Source of the DNA: Candidatus Heimdallarchaeota archaeon
GTDB lineage: Archaea; Asgardarchaeota; Heimdallarchaeia; Heimdallarchaeales; Heimdallarchaeaceae
Assembly (NCBI GenBank): GCA_021399395.1
Contig: JAAFKJ010000043.1
Location: forward strand, 1-64,000
Direction of reading: 5' to 3'
Length of the DNA: 64,000 nucleotides
Shown: piece by piece, positions 1 through 10,508 of the stretch
Numbering within the stretch: the stretch's first letter is position 1
How the letters are laid out: each line of letters starts with the position of its first letter
Notes under the pieces: model-generated
Seen by the model: only the letters and a program-made list of their open reading frames with translations
Databases searched by the model: none
What the model was told of the DNA's origin: nothing
Translations under genes and position numbers: made by a program

Positions 1-785
1 AGCTCCTTTAGTTCCTCTCTATACCTGTTGCCATTGTAGTGCCGTTTGGAAAGAATTTCTTGTACTCTATCCATTTGAACGTTCATAATTGCTCCTGTCA
101 TATCAGTAGATCTATAGTTGAATCCAATGTTATAGTGAGCATAACCTCCAGCTGGACTTCTGCCATGGTTTTTGAGACTTTTGATTTTATCAATTAAACT
201 CTCGTCACTTGTTATTAGTGCACCTCCCTCTCCTCCAACTAAATTTTTGGTGCCATAGAATGAAAAGCAACCGACTTGGCCAAAGTTTCCAACATGAACA
301 TTGTCAATAGAAGCACCATGCCCTTGGGCACAGTCTTCTATGACAATCAGATTGTGGTCATCTGCAATGTCCATAATAGCTTTCATGTCACAAGGGTTTC
401 CAAAGATATGTACTGGCATTATAGCTTTTGTTTTTTTTGTGATTTTTTCCTCTATTTTTTCTGGATCTATATTAAATGTCTCTTTATCAATATCTGAAAA
501 GATAGGTATTGCTCCAGAAAACAATATAGCATTTGATGATGCAACAAATGTGTATGGGGTTGTTATCACTTCGTCTTTTGGACCAACGTCTAAAGCTACC
601 ATTGCAAGATGTAATGCACTTGTGCCATTTACAGCAACTGTTGAAAATTTTGCTCCGGTGAAATTAGAAAATTTTTCTTCAAACATCTTGATGTTCTTAC
701 CTTCAATAAGAAATTTGCTCTTTACAACATCTTTAACCGCTTCAAGCTCCCGTTCCTTGATATCTACATCCACTACTGGTATCAT
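1..785 (-). CDS. DegT/DnrJ/EryC1/StrS family PLP-dependent sugar aminotransferase (3' end runs off the window)
   Basis: Manual translation from ATG at 785: MIPVVDVDIKERELEAVKDVVKS...NGTSALHLAMVALDVGPKDEVITTPYTFVASSNAILFSGAIPIFSDID...EDCAQGHGA...FSFYGTKNLVGGEGGALIT. It is missing from the ORF track because there is no stop inside the window. Confidence 0.92.
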   Translation of the reverse strand, partial: MIPVVDVDIKERELEAVKDVVKSKFLIEGKNIKMFEEKFSNFTGAKFSTVAVNGTSALHLAMVALDVGPKDEVITTPYTFVASSNAILFSGAIPIFSDIDKETFNIDPEKIEEKITKKTKAIMPVHIFGNPCDMKAIMDIADDHNLIVIEDCAQGHGASIDNVHVGNFGQVGCFSFYGTKNLVGGEGGALITSDESLIDKIKSLKNHGRSPAGGYAHYNIGFNYRSTDMTGAIMNVQMDRVQEILSKRHYNGNRYREELKE

Positions 786-870
786 TTTGGTTCCCACAAT
801 TTAAATTTACTACTTTTGAGTAAATTACAGTTAATTTGAATCTTTATTAAAGTTTTGGTTGCTCTATCTA

Positions 871-1731
871 TTATTCAAAAACTGTTCTGGTATGATAGAT
901 CAACCCCTTAATAGAAAGAGGAAAGTGTATTTTCTTAAAGGAAACCTTCGAATCTTCAAGATTAACTATTGCATAATTTCTATTGACAAGAGCACCTGGA
1001 TTAATTGCTAAAGTAGAGTTTAACTTCTCAAAATTCTGAGATTCATGAATATGACCAGTAAAGACAAAATCGTATGGGATTCTTGATATATGATCTTTTA
1101 TCGTATTGCTTCCTCCATGAGTTGATTTATTTGGTATATAATCGAGTTTGGTGTTATGTGGAGGTTCATGAAATATACCGATAATTGAATCCTCTTCTTT
1201 ATGCTGAAGTGCATTGAATTGTTTTTCTAAACTTGTTAAATCTACTTCTATTTCTTCAATTTCTTTTTCACCAGGAGTTTGTAATGGTGTTCGATAATCA
1301 GCGGGGGAACAAAAACCATACCCAATTACTATTAGATTTTTGTAGGTCTCAATAGAATTCCCAAGATAGAACAAGTTAGATCTTTCTTCTGCAATCTTTT
1401 CGAAGTATTCTCTGACTCTTCCAGTTTCGCTGTTACCATGGGTAAAGAAAACTGGCTTATCCAATTTTTCAAGTATTTTGAGAATTTTTTTCGCATTTCT
1501 TATTTGGAATGTAGCAAAACTGTCTAAATAATCAGAATAGACCAATTCTGTGTATCTCTCTCTTGAAACTTTTCCGCTTTTTAAAACAGATTTAAAGACT
1601 AAGGGATAGGAAATGGTTCCAGTAATATCTCCTGTAATAAAAATCGCTTCACATTGCTTTAGTTTTTTTCGGATTCTTTTTAGATTGTTTATACAACCAT
1701 GTAAATCCCCCAATATTGCATATTTCAACAA
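871..1731 (-). CDS. Calcineurin-like metallophosphoesterase
   Basis: Motifs GDLHG, ITGD, HGNSE, HEPP, GHIHE; overlaps the hutH stop. Confidence 0.88.
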   Translation of the reverse strand: MLKYAILGDLHGCINNLKRIRKKLKQCEAIFITGDITGTISYPLVFKSVLKSGKVSRERYTELVYSDYLDSFATFQIRNAKKILKILEKLDKPVFFTHGNSETGRVREYFEKIAEERSNLFYLGNSIETYKNLIVIGYGFCSPADYRTPLQTPGEKEIEEIEVDLTSLEKQFNALQHKEEDSIIGIFHEPPHNTKLDYIPNKSTHGGSNTIKDHISRIPYDFVFTGHIHESQNFEKLNSTLAINPGALVNRNYAIVNLEDSKVSFKKIHFPLSIKGLIYHTRTVFE

Positions 1732-3266
1732 AAATCACCAAACAACTTACCTGTTTCCTTTTCAACTATCTGAATTAGTTTTCTATTGCTTATTTGTTCT
1801 CCAATCCAATTAACTTCTGTATCAAAAAACCTGTCTTCTTCAAGAGGTGGAATTGTTTTCCTGATGAAGGAGTAAAGTTTGTTCAACCCCTTTGATATAG
1901 TTCTAGTTTCATTGAATTTTAATGCTTGACATGCTGTGTAAATTTCAACTGCTATCATTTTCGAGACATTATTTACTATTTTGTAAGCTTTCTTACTTGC
2001 AGTTAACCCCATAGAAACATGATCTTCTTGATTTGCGGATACAGAAGTATTATCAATTGAAGCTGGGGAAGCCAGTACTTTATTTTCTGCTGAAATAGCT
2101 GTGTCTGCATATTGTAATATCATTAAACCAGAGTTCAAACCTGGTTGTTCAGATAGAAACGGTGGAAGATCTGAAATAGAAGAATCTAGTAATAAATTGA
2201 CTCTTCTCTCTGAGATATTACCTATTTCTGTCATTGCTATTCCAAGATAATCCATTGAAAGACCAATTGGTTCTCCATGAAAATTACCTCCAGAAGCAAC
2301 GATAGAATTTTCCAAATCTATGAGTGGATTATCAGTTGTTGAGTTAATTTCTATCTCTACTAAATTTTTACAGTGAATAATTGCATCTAAAACTGCTCCA
2401 TGAACTTGAGGAGAGCATCTAATAGAATAAGGATCTTGAATTCTTTTTGGTTGTTCGCTAATCAAATCACTTCCTTCTAGAATTGTAAGCAAAGATTTGG
2501 CAAATTCCTTTTGACCAATATGAGGTCGCAAATTCATTATGAAAGATGAAAATGCTTGAACATTACCATCAAAAGCTTCCAAGGTTAATCCAACAGAGAT
2601 GACTGAATTTTTCAAGACATTTAATCCATCAAAAACTGTATGGGCCGCATACGATGTAAGTACATGAGTTCCATTAATTAGAGATAATCCTTCCTTTGCA
2701 CTCAATTCAAGTGGAGATAGTCCAAACCGCTCCAGTATTTTAGAGCCTTTGTATATCTTATTCTCACATTTTGCTTCTCCTTCTCCTATGAGTATTCTTG
2801 CAATGTAAGCTAGAGGCGATAAGTCTCCACTAGCTCCTAATGAGCCAATACTTGGCACTAGCGGTATGACTCTGTTATTGATGAGGGTTTCCAGCATTTC
2901 AACTACTTTTAGACGAATTCCACTTCCTCCTCTACAAAATGAGTTTAATTCTATGGTCATTGCTCCTAATACGACTTCATCTGGAATATAAGAACCAAAA
3001 CCTATACTATGTGATTTGATTAGGTTTTTTTGGAGTAATTCTCTTTCTGCAGGAGAAATAATTGCATCGGCAAGCTTTCCAAAACCTGTTGAAACTCCAT
3101 AGATTACTTCATTATTAGCAAGTTTTTCTTCAATTATCTCCCTTGCTTTATTAATCCGATCTCTTCCGTCTTTACTTATCTTGATTTTCTTACCAAATCG
3201 TGTAATCTCAAGCAAATCATTAATTGTTAAGGAATCACCATCTAGAATAACAACTTCATGGTTCAT
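1725..3266 (-). CDS. hutH: Histidine ammonia-lyase
   Basis: YGVSTGFG, MIO-forming GSLGASGDL, HAL-type KSH, QDPYSIRC, GGNFHGEP, SANQEDHVSMG. Confidence 0.92.
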   Translation of the reverse strand: MNHEVVILDGDSLTINDLLEITRFGKKIKISKDGRDRINKAREIIEEKLANNEVIYGVSTGFGKLADAIISPAERELLQKNLIKSHSIGFGSYIPDEVVLGAMTIELNSFCRGGSGIRLKVVEMLETLINNRVIPLVPSIGSLGASGDLSPLAYIARILIGEGEAKCENKIYKGSKILERFGLSPLELSAKEGLSLINGTHVLTSYAAHTVFDGLNVLKNSVISVGLTLEAFDGNVQAFSSFIMNLRPHIGQKEFAKSLLTILEGSDLISEQPKRIQDPYSIRCSPQVHGAVLDAIIHCKNLVEIEINSTTDNPLIDLENSIVASGGNFHGEPIGLSMDYLGIAMTEIGNISERRVNLLLDSSISDLPPFLSEQPGLNSGLMILQYADTAISAENKVLASPASIDNTSVSANQEDHVSMGLTASKKAYKIVNNVSKMIAVEIYTACQALKFNETRTISKGLNKLYSFIRKTIPPLEEDRFFDTEVNWIGEQISNRKLIQIVEKETGKLFGDFC

Positions 3267-3413
3267 ATATATCTAACATCTGTTGAATGTAAAATATTTA
3301 TCCATTATGCTTTCTACAAAATTAATCAAATTGTTTCAATAAACAAATACGTTGGACAAATATTTTAAACAGAGTGTTGAAAGACTCATAAAAACTAGTT
3401 ATGTGAATATAAT

Positions 3414-4937
3414 ATGACATACGTTATCACAGGTAAAGGATTAACTATTGAAGATGTTGTAAGAGTTGCGCGACATAATGAAAAAGTGGAAATTCATCCA
3501 GATGCAATGAACAGAATGGTAAAATGTAGAGAGATGCTGGAGGAGAAAATTGAAGCAAAAGAAATTATGTATGGAATTACTACTGGAATAGGTGAATTTT
3601 CTGAAGTTGTTTTAAAAGGTGAAGAAGTTCTGCTGTTTCAGAAATATTTGATATATAATCATGCAGCGGGAATAGGAGAGGCAGCTCCATTGGAGCATAT
3701 TCGTGCAGCTATGTTAGGTAGAATAAATGTATTGGCAAATGGTCATTCAGGTAATAGACCTATTATAGCTGAAACATATGTTGAAATGTTAAATAAAGGA
3801 GTAACTCCTGAAGTTTGTGAAAAAGGGTCTGTTGGTGCTTCTGGTGATTTAGCACCTATGTCTCAAATTGCTCTTTTACTTATGGGCGAAGGTAGAGCTT
3901 TTTACAAAGGTGAATTGCTACCAGGAAAGGAAGCGCTGGATAGAGCAGGTATTGAAGTACCTGGTTTGCAAGCAAGAGATGGTTTAGCAGCAATTAATGG
4001 GTCCAACCTTCTTACTGCAATGAGTGCTATTTTCCTATATGATGCTGAACGTTTTATGAAACAAGCTGAAATTGCATGTGCTATGTCAATCGAAGCATTG
4101 ATGGGTAATATGAAACCTTATACTCCTAAACTTCATGAGGTTCGAGGGTTTCCAGGAGCTATCAGGTGTGCAAAATCTCTCTCTAAACTTTTCAAAGGCG
4201 GAGACCTCTTTGAAGCAAAACTAAAAGTTAAGGTTCAAGATGCATACTCTATGCGTTCTGCACCACAAGTATTGGGTGCTGCACATGATGCTATAATTTG
4301 GGCGAGATCTCAAGTTGAAATTGAGTTGAATGGAGTAGGTGATAATCCTGTTTTCTTTGCAGAAGAGAAGCTCACCCTAACTGGCGCTAACTTTCAAGGT
4401 TCTCCCGTATGCTTACCAATGGATATGATTGGTGCTGCCATTACCATGGTATGTGTAATGTCTGAACGAAGAATGAACAGGTTAAATCATCCAGCTTTGA
4501 GTATAGGATTACCACCTTTCCTATCAAAACATGCAGGACTAATGTCTGGTTTGATGTTAAGTCAATATACTGCATGTATGCAAATAGTAGAAATGAGAAT
4601 TTTATCTGCGCCTGCTAGCATACAGTCTATCCCAGCAGCAGCAGATCAAGAGGATTTTGTATCAATGGGGATGAACACTGCACTTAAGAATTTCCAAATT
4701 ATGGATAATGCATATGGGGTTCTTGGTATTGAGTTAATGGCCGCTGCTCAAGCTTTAGACTTTAGAGAATTTAATTTCGGTGACGGTGTAACTAAAGCCA
4801 AAGAAGTAATCCGAAAACATGTTGAATTCTTGGATATAGATAGACCATTATTTGATGATCATAATGCAATGAAAGCATTAGTCAAATCTTGTGAGATTCT
4901 GGAAGAAGTTGAAAAAGAGATAGGCAGTCTAAACTAG
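3414..4937 (+). CDS. Second MIO-dependent aromatic amino acid ammonia-lyase (HAL/PAL/TAL family), substrate uncertain
   Basis: YGITTGIG, GSVGASGDLAP, QDAYSMRS, GANFQGSP, ADQEDFVSMG. Confidence 0.88.
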   Translation: MTYVITGKGLTIEDVVRVARHNEKVEIHPDAMNRMVKCREMLEEKIEAKEIMYGITTGIGEFSEVVLKGEEVLLFQKYLIYNHAAGIGEAAPLEHIRAAMLGRINVLANGHSGNRPIIAETYVEMLNKGVTPEVCEKGSVGASGDLAPMSQIALLLMGEGRAFYKGELLPGKEALDRAGIEVPGLQARDGLAAINGSNLLTAMSAIFLYDAERFMKQAEIACAMSIEALMGNMKPYTPKLHEVRGFPGAIRCAKSLSKLFKGGDLFEAKLKVKVQDAYSMRSAPQVLGAAHDAIIWARSQVEIELNGVGDNPVFFAEEKLTLTGANFQGSPVCLPMDMIGAAITMVCVMSERRMNRLNHPALSIGLPPFLSKHAGLMSGLMLSQYTACMQIVEMRILSAPASIQSIPAAADQEDFVSMGMNTALKNFQIMDNAYGVLGIELMAAAQALDFREFNFGDGVTKAKEVIRKHVEFLDIDRPLFDDHNAMKALVKSCEILEEVEKEIGSLN

Positions 4938-5052
4938 AACTATTAAGTTTCTACTAACTCAAAATGGAATGGAAAAATTTTTCCTCATTCCTTTTTCTAT
5001 TTTTACAAACATAACTTTAAAAATAAGGCAATAGCCTAAAAACTTGAGAATA

Positions 5053-6315
5053 ATGCAAAATAGAGCGAAAGAAGGCATTATCATTTCAAATGCTTCTGAA
5101 TTATTTCTAGGTCCAGTAACACAGTATGAACCAGTATATTCTAATGAAATTGCAGATGCTATTGTAATCAAAAATGGTTTAGTTGAAGCAATAGGAGAAA
5201 CCTCGACCATTTTGTCTAACTACTCAAAATTTGACTACGATGTAATAGACTGTGAAAAAAAACAGACTATTTGTCCAGGATTTGTTGATTCACATACACA
5301 TCTTGTATTTGCAGGTGATAGATCACATGAACTAAGAATGAAATTGCAAGGTAAATCCTATCTAGATATAGCTCAAAGTGGTGGAGGGATAATGTTTTCT
5401 GTAAACAAGACTCGTGAAGCATCGAGATCGGAACTCGAAACATTAGCTCTGCAAAGATTAGATGAAATGCTTTTACATGGTACAACTACCATTGAGGCAA
5501 AATCTGGTTACGGTTTAGATGCAGAGAGTGAAATCAAGATATTAGAGGTGATTCAATACGTTAATGAAAAACACCCTATAGATATTATTCCTACATTTCT
5601 CGGGTGTCATATTACTCCTAAAGATTTCTTAGGTAATCAATGGGAATATGTTGAAAGTATGATACAACTCCTTCCACAAATTAAATCTAGAAATCTAGCT
5701 GAGTTTGTAGACATTTGGACTGATAAAGGGGCTTTTTCAGTAGAAGAATCAACATTATTCTTGGAGCAGTCTAATGAATTGGGTTTTAAGAGCAGAGTAC
5801 ATGCCGATGAAATGGAAAATGTTGGAGCTGCTATTATGGCTGCTAATCTTGGAGCCGTATCAGCTGATCACCTTCTGTTATCAGAGGCCGTATCAGCTGA
5901 TGCAATGGCAGAAGCGAATGTTGTAGCTAATCTTCTTCCAGCAACCCCCTTCGTATTAATGTCAAAGAAATACGCGAACTTTAGAATGTTCAAAGATGCT
6001 GGGGTGACAGTTGCTTTATCCTCTGATTTCAATCCCAATTGCTATGTTTTAGACATGCAGACTGTAATGGCTTTAGGTTGTTTTATGATGAAGATGCTTC
6101 CCGAAGAAGCAATGACAGCATCAACATATGGTGGTGCAATGTCTCTTAATAGGGAAAATGAGATTGGATCGATTGATTTAGGAAAATCAGCTGATATTCA
6201 GATTTTAGATATACCCACTGTAGATTCTATTCCTTATAGATTAGGAGTTAACCATGTAAATACAGTAATTAAAAAGGGTAAAGTATTGGTTCAAGATGGT
6301 AAAAAAATAGTTTAA
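5053..6315 (+). CDS. hutI: Imidazolonepropionase
   Basis: PGFVDSHTHLVFAG, GTTTIEAKSGYGL, HADE, SADHL, SDFNP. The ATG at 5053 is preferred over the TTG at 5044. Confidence 0.93.
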   Translation: MQNRAKEGIIISNASELFLGPVTQYEPVYSNEIADAIVIKNGLVEAIGETSTILSNYSKFDYDVIDCEKKQTICPGFVDSHTHLVFAGDRSHELRMKLQGKSYLDIAQSGGGIMFSVNKTREASRSELETLALQRLDEMLLHGTTTIEAKSGYGLDAESEIKILEVIQYVNEKHPIDIIPTFLGCHITPKDFLGNQWEYVESMIQLLPQIKSRNLAEFVDIWTDKGAFSVEESTLFLEQSNELGFKSRVHADEMENVGAAIMAANLGAVSADHLLLSEAVSADAMAEANVVANLLPATPFVLMSKKYANFRMFKDAGVTVALSSDFNPNCYVLDMQTVMALGCFMMKMLPEEAMTASTYGGAMSLNRENEIGSIDLGKSADIQILDIPTVDSIPYRLGVNHVNTVIKKGKVLVQDGKKIV

Positions 6316-6337
6316 TTTTGCTATCCTCGATATTTTT

Positions 6338-7669
6338 TCAGATAAACAGAGATACGCTGAGCAATATCGAAAAAGCTAGACATGTAAGTATAGTCATGGC
6401 TGATGCTGGAATCATTGCTAGGTAATTGTCATAATTTTTTATCGCATTTATGGTTGCTATAATTGGTAATGGTAGAGAAACAAGAACTATCAAACTCAAA
6501 AGTGGTAATATCTGCAAGATTACAAAAAGGATTAACAAAATATAAGTGAGTGCCATGAACGATACATAAACTATGACACTTCTCTTTTTACCTAAAATCA
6601 CAACCCAATTTTTCTTTCCTTTTGCTTTATCTGCCTCATAGTCTGGAAACTGATTGATGAATAGTATCAATGAAATTAACAACCCAACCAAAATAGATGC
6701 ATACATTGGTTTCCAACTAAATTTTTCATTTTGTACATAGTATGAACCAAATACGATTGCTGGGCCAAAACTTAGAAAAATTGCTATTTCTCCCAAACCA
6801 TAGTATACTAGTTTGAAAGGGATTCCAACATAGAATATTCCTAGAAAAACCCCACCAATACCGATATACAAGATGATATTATCTGCAACTGTGAAATTAA
6901 GATAGAATCCAATAGCTATGCATAAGCTCAAACTGATGATGGCAGCTATGAGTGTCCGACTTGGAGAAAGTAATTTGTTTTGAATCATTCTTGAGCCTCC
7001 AGAAAAAGGTGTCTGTTGAATATTACTCTCATCTAAACCTGATTTGTGATCAAAGAAATCATTGCTTATATCAGCGCTTATATGAAAAAATGTTATCCCC
7101 AGAAATGCTAATACAAAATTCAACCAAGAACTCATTGTTCCTGTCTCGGAAAATGCAACTGCTGTTCCTACAATTACCCCCATAACACTAACAGATACAA
7201 AAGGCAACCGAGCAGCTCTGATCCAGAATTTAAGTGAAGAAGTTATTTTATTGAGAACCTTATTCAGTCTAGATGGATTGTTTTCTGGAAAACATTGACT
7301 AAAATTCCATTCTTGAACATTCATCTCTAACATAGAAATCTCAATAAATACTAAACCATGAATGCCTTGAGGAGTTACTGAATCTTTTTCTGCAAGATCT
7401 TTGAAAGCTATCTCCTTCAAATGATGATTCTTCAGAATCTTTGCTAATCCCTTGATGATTAGTCTTTTCTCCTGATCTTCAACCTCAATTACAACATTGG
7501 GGTTGTACTTTATGTGTTCGACATGAACGCTATTTGCGCGTCCAACAACATATATCCTATCATTGTCAATAATGAAGGAAACCAGAACTTCGTTCAAATT
7601 TCTATAACTTCTTGTTAAAAGCTGTAACTTATTTTGATTACATAGAAATTTTATTGCTTGTTCTAGCAT
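6338..7669 (-). CDS. menA: MenA/UbiA-family prenyltransferase with an N-terminal PNPOx-like (split-barrel) domain
   Basis: The C-terminal ~300 aa has WIRAARLPF, NDFFDHKSGLD, FSGGSR, GLGE, NQFPDYEADKAKGKK and several TM helices. The N-terminal ~125 aa has HIKYNPNVVIEV...LIIKGLAKIL. Confidence 0.8.
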   Translation of the reverse strand: MLEQAIKFLCNQNKLQLLTRSYRNLNEVLVSFIIDNDRIYVVGRANSVHVEHIKYNPNVVIEVEDQEKRLIIKGLAKILKNHHLKEIAFKDLAEKDSVTPQGIHGLVFIEISMLEMNVQEWNFSQCFPENNPSRLNKVLNKITSSLKFWIRAARLPFVSVSVMGVIVGTAVAFSETGTMSSWLNFVLAFLGITFFHISADISNDFFDHKSGLDESNIQQTPFSGGSRMIQNKLLSPSRTLIAAIISLSLCIAIGFYLNFTVADNIILYIGIGGVFLGIFYVGIPFKLVYYGLGEIAIFLSFGPAIVFGSYYVQNEKFSWKPMYASILVGLLISLILFINQFPDYEADKAKGKKNWVVILGKKRSVIVYVSFMALTYILLILFVILQILPLLSLIVLVSLPLPIIATINAIKNYDNYLAMIPASAMTILTCLAFSILLSVSLFI

Positions 7670-7751
7670 TATAGTGAAAGCAAGAATCTTACATTTAAAA
7701 GTTATTAGAATAAAGTAAAAATAAGAAAAATAAAAAGAAAAAGAGAGGTAC

Positions 7752-9413
7752 TTACATCATGCCTGGCATTCCACCCATTCCACCCATTCCACCAGGAGGC
7801 ATTCCGCCAGGTGGCATAGCTGGACTGTCTGATTTTGCAACGATTACATCATCAATTCGCATAATCATTATGGCAGATTCGCTTGCAGATTTGATTGCTT
7901 GAGATACAACTCTATGTGGTTCGATAATTCCTGCTTTGAACATATCTTGAATTTTACCATCCTTGAATAAGTTCAAGCCTTGAGCAACATTTGCTTCAGC
8001 ATGAGCAGAACGAAGTTCGTTTAGAATGTCGAGTGGGTCGATACCAGCATTTTCTGCCAATGTTGTTGGAATTGATAACATTGCATCAGCAAAAGCTTTG
8101 ACCGCTAATTGTCTCTTATCTTTGAACTCATCAGCAAACTCATCAAGTCTTAGGGACAATTCTGTGTAGATTGCTCCTCCACCTGGTAAGTATGTTTTAT
8201 CTTCAACAACATTTCTGACTACACAGAGTGCATCATGAACAGCTCTTTCTGCTTCATCAGTTACGTATTTTGTTGCTCCATAGAGAATAATTGAAACAGA
8301 TTTAGGATTCTTACATTCACGAATAAAGACGTGGTCGTCATCACCAAGTTTGACTTCTTCAACCATACCAGAATAACCAAGATCATCTTCTTTAGCATCT
8401 TTGAGGTTAGTAACGATTTTTCCTCCAGTGGCACGAGCAATTTTTTCTATATCACTCTTCTTTACTCTTCTGACTGCTAGAATATTGTTCTTTGCCATAA
8501 AGTATTGAGCCATATCATCTATGCCTTTTTGAGCAATAACAACATTTGCTCCAGTGGCAACTATTTGATCAACCATATCTCTGAGTATTTGTTCTTCATT
8601 ATCTAAGAAAGATTTCATTTCTAACGGATCATTAATTCTGATTTCTCTGTCCCATTCTCCCTTTTGAACTTCAACATTGTAATTGAGTAATAGAATTTTT
8701 GCATCTTTAACTCTCTTTGGCATAGCTGTATGAACAACTTCTTTGTCTACAATAACGCCTTCAACAAGTTCAGATTGAACAAGATTTTTACCAATCTTTT
8801 GAAGAATTTTTATATTGTCGAGATCAACCTTAAAAGTTCCATCTTCTTCATCTGCAACACTCTTCACACTATCAACAGCTATTTTCCCAATAAGTTCTTT
8901 AGCCCCATGAACAGCTTTACTGTTCAAGGCAGTTCCTGCAATTTGAAGAAGTAATTTTTCGTCTTCAATTGGGTTCAGTTTTTTAGCATATTTATCAAGA
9001 AGCTCTTGAGCTTTTAGAGAAGCAGCTTTGAAACCTTCAACAATGAGGGAAGCATGAATTTTCTTTTCGAGAAGTTCTCCTCCAAGTTTGAGAAGTTCGC
9101 CAGCAACAACAACAGAACTGGTGGTTCCATCGCCGGTTTCTTGATCTTGCGTTTTAGCTATAGAGACAATCATTTTTGCAGCTGGGTGTTGAACATCAAT
9201 TTCATCAAGCAAAGTAGCACCGTCGTTAGAGATCAAAATGTCTCCAAGACTGTCTACCATCATTTTATCCATACCTTTTGGGCCCAGAGTGCTTTTTATT
9301 GTGTCAGCTACAATAGTTGCTGCCATGATATTATTCTTTTGAGCATCTCTTCCCTTGGTTCTTTCAGTTCCTTCTTTGAGGATGATGACTGGTACTTGTC
9401 CTTGACCTATCAT
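7752..9413 (-). CDS. ths: Thermosome (group II chaperonin) subunit
   Basis: STLGPKGMDKM, NDGAT, GDGTTS, GGGA, ENAG and a GGM-rich tail. Confidence 0.97.
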   Translation of the reverse strand: MIGQGQVPVIILKEGTERTKGRDAQKNNIMAATIVADTIKSTLGPKGMDKMMVDSLGDILISNDGATLLDEIDVQHPAAKMIVSIAKTQDQETGDGTTSSVVVAGELLKLGGELLEKKIHASLIVEGFKAASLKAQELLDKYAKKLNPIEDEKLLLQIAGTALNSKAVHGAKELIGKIAVDSVKSVADEEDGTFKVDLDNIKILQKIGKNLVQSELVEGVIVDKEVVHTAMPKRVKDAKILLLNYNVEVQKGEWDREIRINDPLEMKSFLDNEEQILRDMVDQIVATGANVVIAQKGIDDMAQYFMAKNNILAVRRVKKSDIEKIARATGGKIVTNLKDAKEDDLGYSGMVEEVKLGDDDHVFIRECKNPKSVSIILYGATKYVTDEAERAVHDALCVVRNVVEDKTYLPGGGAIYTELSLRLDEFADEFKDKRQLAVKAFADAMLSIPTTLAENAGIDPLDILNELRSAHAEANVAQGLNLFKDGKIQDMFKAGIIEPHRVVSQAIKSASESAIMIMRIDDVIVAKSDSPAMPPGGMPPGGMGGMGGMPGMM

Positions 9414-9570
9414 TTTTTTGCACCTTTTTAGTATTTTAATGTGTTTTGAGTTAACTCTTTACACATATTTCACGTTCCATGTCTAATCACTGATATATAA
9501 TTCTTACGATTAATTGAAAATGCTGCAATGCTGTAAAAAATGATAATATTACTGGAGCTTTTATACTAAA

Positions 9571-9771
9571 AACTATGTTGGGAAAAGGATAAAACGCGGA
9601 TTATTTCGATCAGCTAATGGTCATTTAATCAATGCTGATGTCAATGCTGCTTACAATATCTTAGTCAAAAGCGATCCGAAAGCTATGCCTCCTCGCATAG
9701 CGGACGGGGTAGGAGGATACGTGATGTATCCACTCAGAGTGAGTATAGAACATCTACATGTTTCTATATGA
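9571..9771 (+). pseudogene. tnpB: C-terminal remnant of an IS200/IS605 TnpB
   Basis: The frame reads NYVGKRIKRGLFRSANGHLINADVNAAYNILVKSDPKAMPPRIADGVGGYVMYPLRVSIEHLHVSI*, with the RuvC-III NADVNAAYNI motif. There is an in-frame stop at 9544 and no start codon ahead of the motif. Confidence 0.88.
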
Positions 9772-9831
9772 TTATCTCTAAGAAAGATGTCTGTCCATTC
9801 TTGTTTTAAACAAGAGAAAGTAACTCATCAT
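9668..9831 (+). ncRNA. Putative omegaRNA / IS200-IS605 right end (copy 1)
   Basis: Hairpins GCTATGC/GCATAGC (9682-9701) and GGATAC-GTGAT-GTATCC (9715-9731), a CTAAGAA-loop hairpin, and a terminal CATCAT (9826-9831) complementary to the GTGAT loop. It overlaps the tnpB 3' end. Confidence 0.65.
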
Positions 9832-9839
9832 AATTCTTA

Positions 9840-10508
9840 CTATCTTGAAACCTTTTTTCTATCTTTTCTTTTTCTATGCAATAAAATTACCCATAAAGTG
9901 ACTGTGGTTGTTATCAAAGTAAGTGGAAAAATTATACTCAATTCAGGAATTGTGAAAACTCCAAAATCTGGATAGAAAATATCAAGATCTCCAGAACTAA
10001 TTTCAATTTTAGTATATAGTACTTCTGCAGGATCAACCCACCCAAGAGATGATGCTGTATTGATGGGTCTCCACAGTGTATAGTTCCCATCTGGAAGTCG
10101 AGTCAAATCTGATTGGTTAATATAAAATTCGAATTTCTCATATTCCCTCGTAATCCCAGGTCTATAATCATAATACATTCCTGTAGCATGACACATTATA
10201 TCTTGTTCTAGCTCAAAGGATTGATTGACAAATGTTGCATTAATTAGTACTTTTGGCCAGCAATCTGATAAATCGATTCCTGTATAATTTTCAGTCTCTC
10301 TATTTAGAACTTCAACTCCAACATTAATATTAAATAGAGTCTTATTCGGACCAATATCTCCTGAAAATAAAACAAGAGAAATTTCAATAATTCCAGATAC
10401 TCTTGAAGCGATTACTGGTATTTCACCATTTACTCTTAACAATCCTTGTAGAAGCAATAATAGAAGCAAAAACACACAGAAAATTTTTCTCTTTTTGATT
10501 TTACTCAT
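9840..10508 (-). CDS. Secreted/membrane-anchored hypothetical protein with a C-terminal sorting-like signal
   Basis: N-terminal signal peptide, several NxS/T sequons, and C-terminal IPEL + TM helix + RKRKDRKK. Confidence 0.75.
   Translation of the reverse strand: MSKIKKRKIFCVFLLLLLLLQGLLRVNGEIPVIASRVSGIIEISLVLFSGDIGPNKTLFNINVGVEVLNRETENYTGIDLSDCWPKVLINATFVNQSFELEQDIMCHATGMYYDYRPGITREYEKFEFYINQSDLTRLPDGNYTLWRPINTASSLGWVDPAEVLYTKIEISSGDLDIFYPDFGVFTIPELSIIFPLTLITTTVTLWVILLHRKRKDRKKVSR

Noticed and set aside
276-804. Plus-strand ORFs 276..497 and 301..804
   Set aside because: They are antisense shadows of the DegT-family gene on the minus strand.
9787-9975. 62-aa plus-strand ORF
   Set aside because: It overlaps the omegaRNA end and is antisense to 9840..10508, with no recognisable motif.
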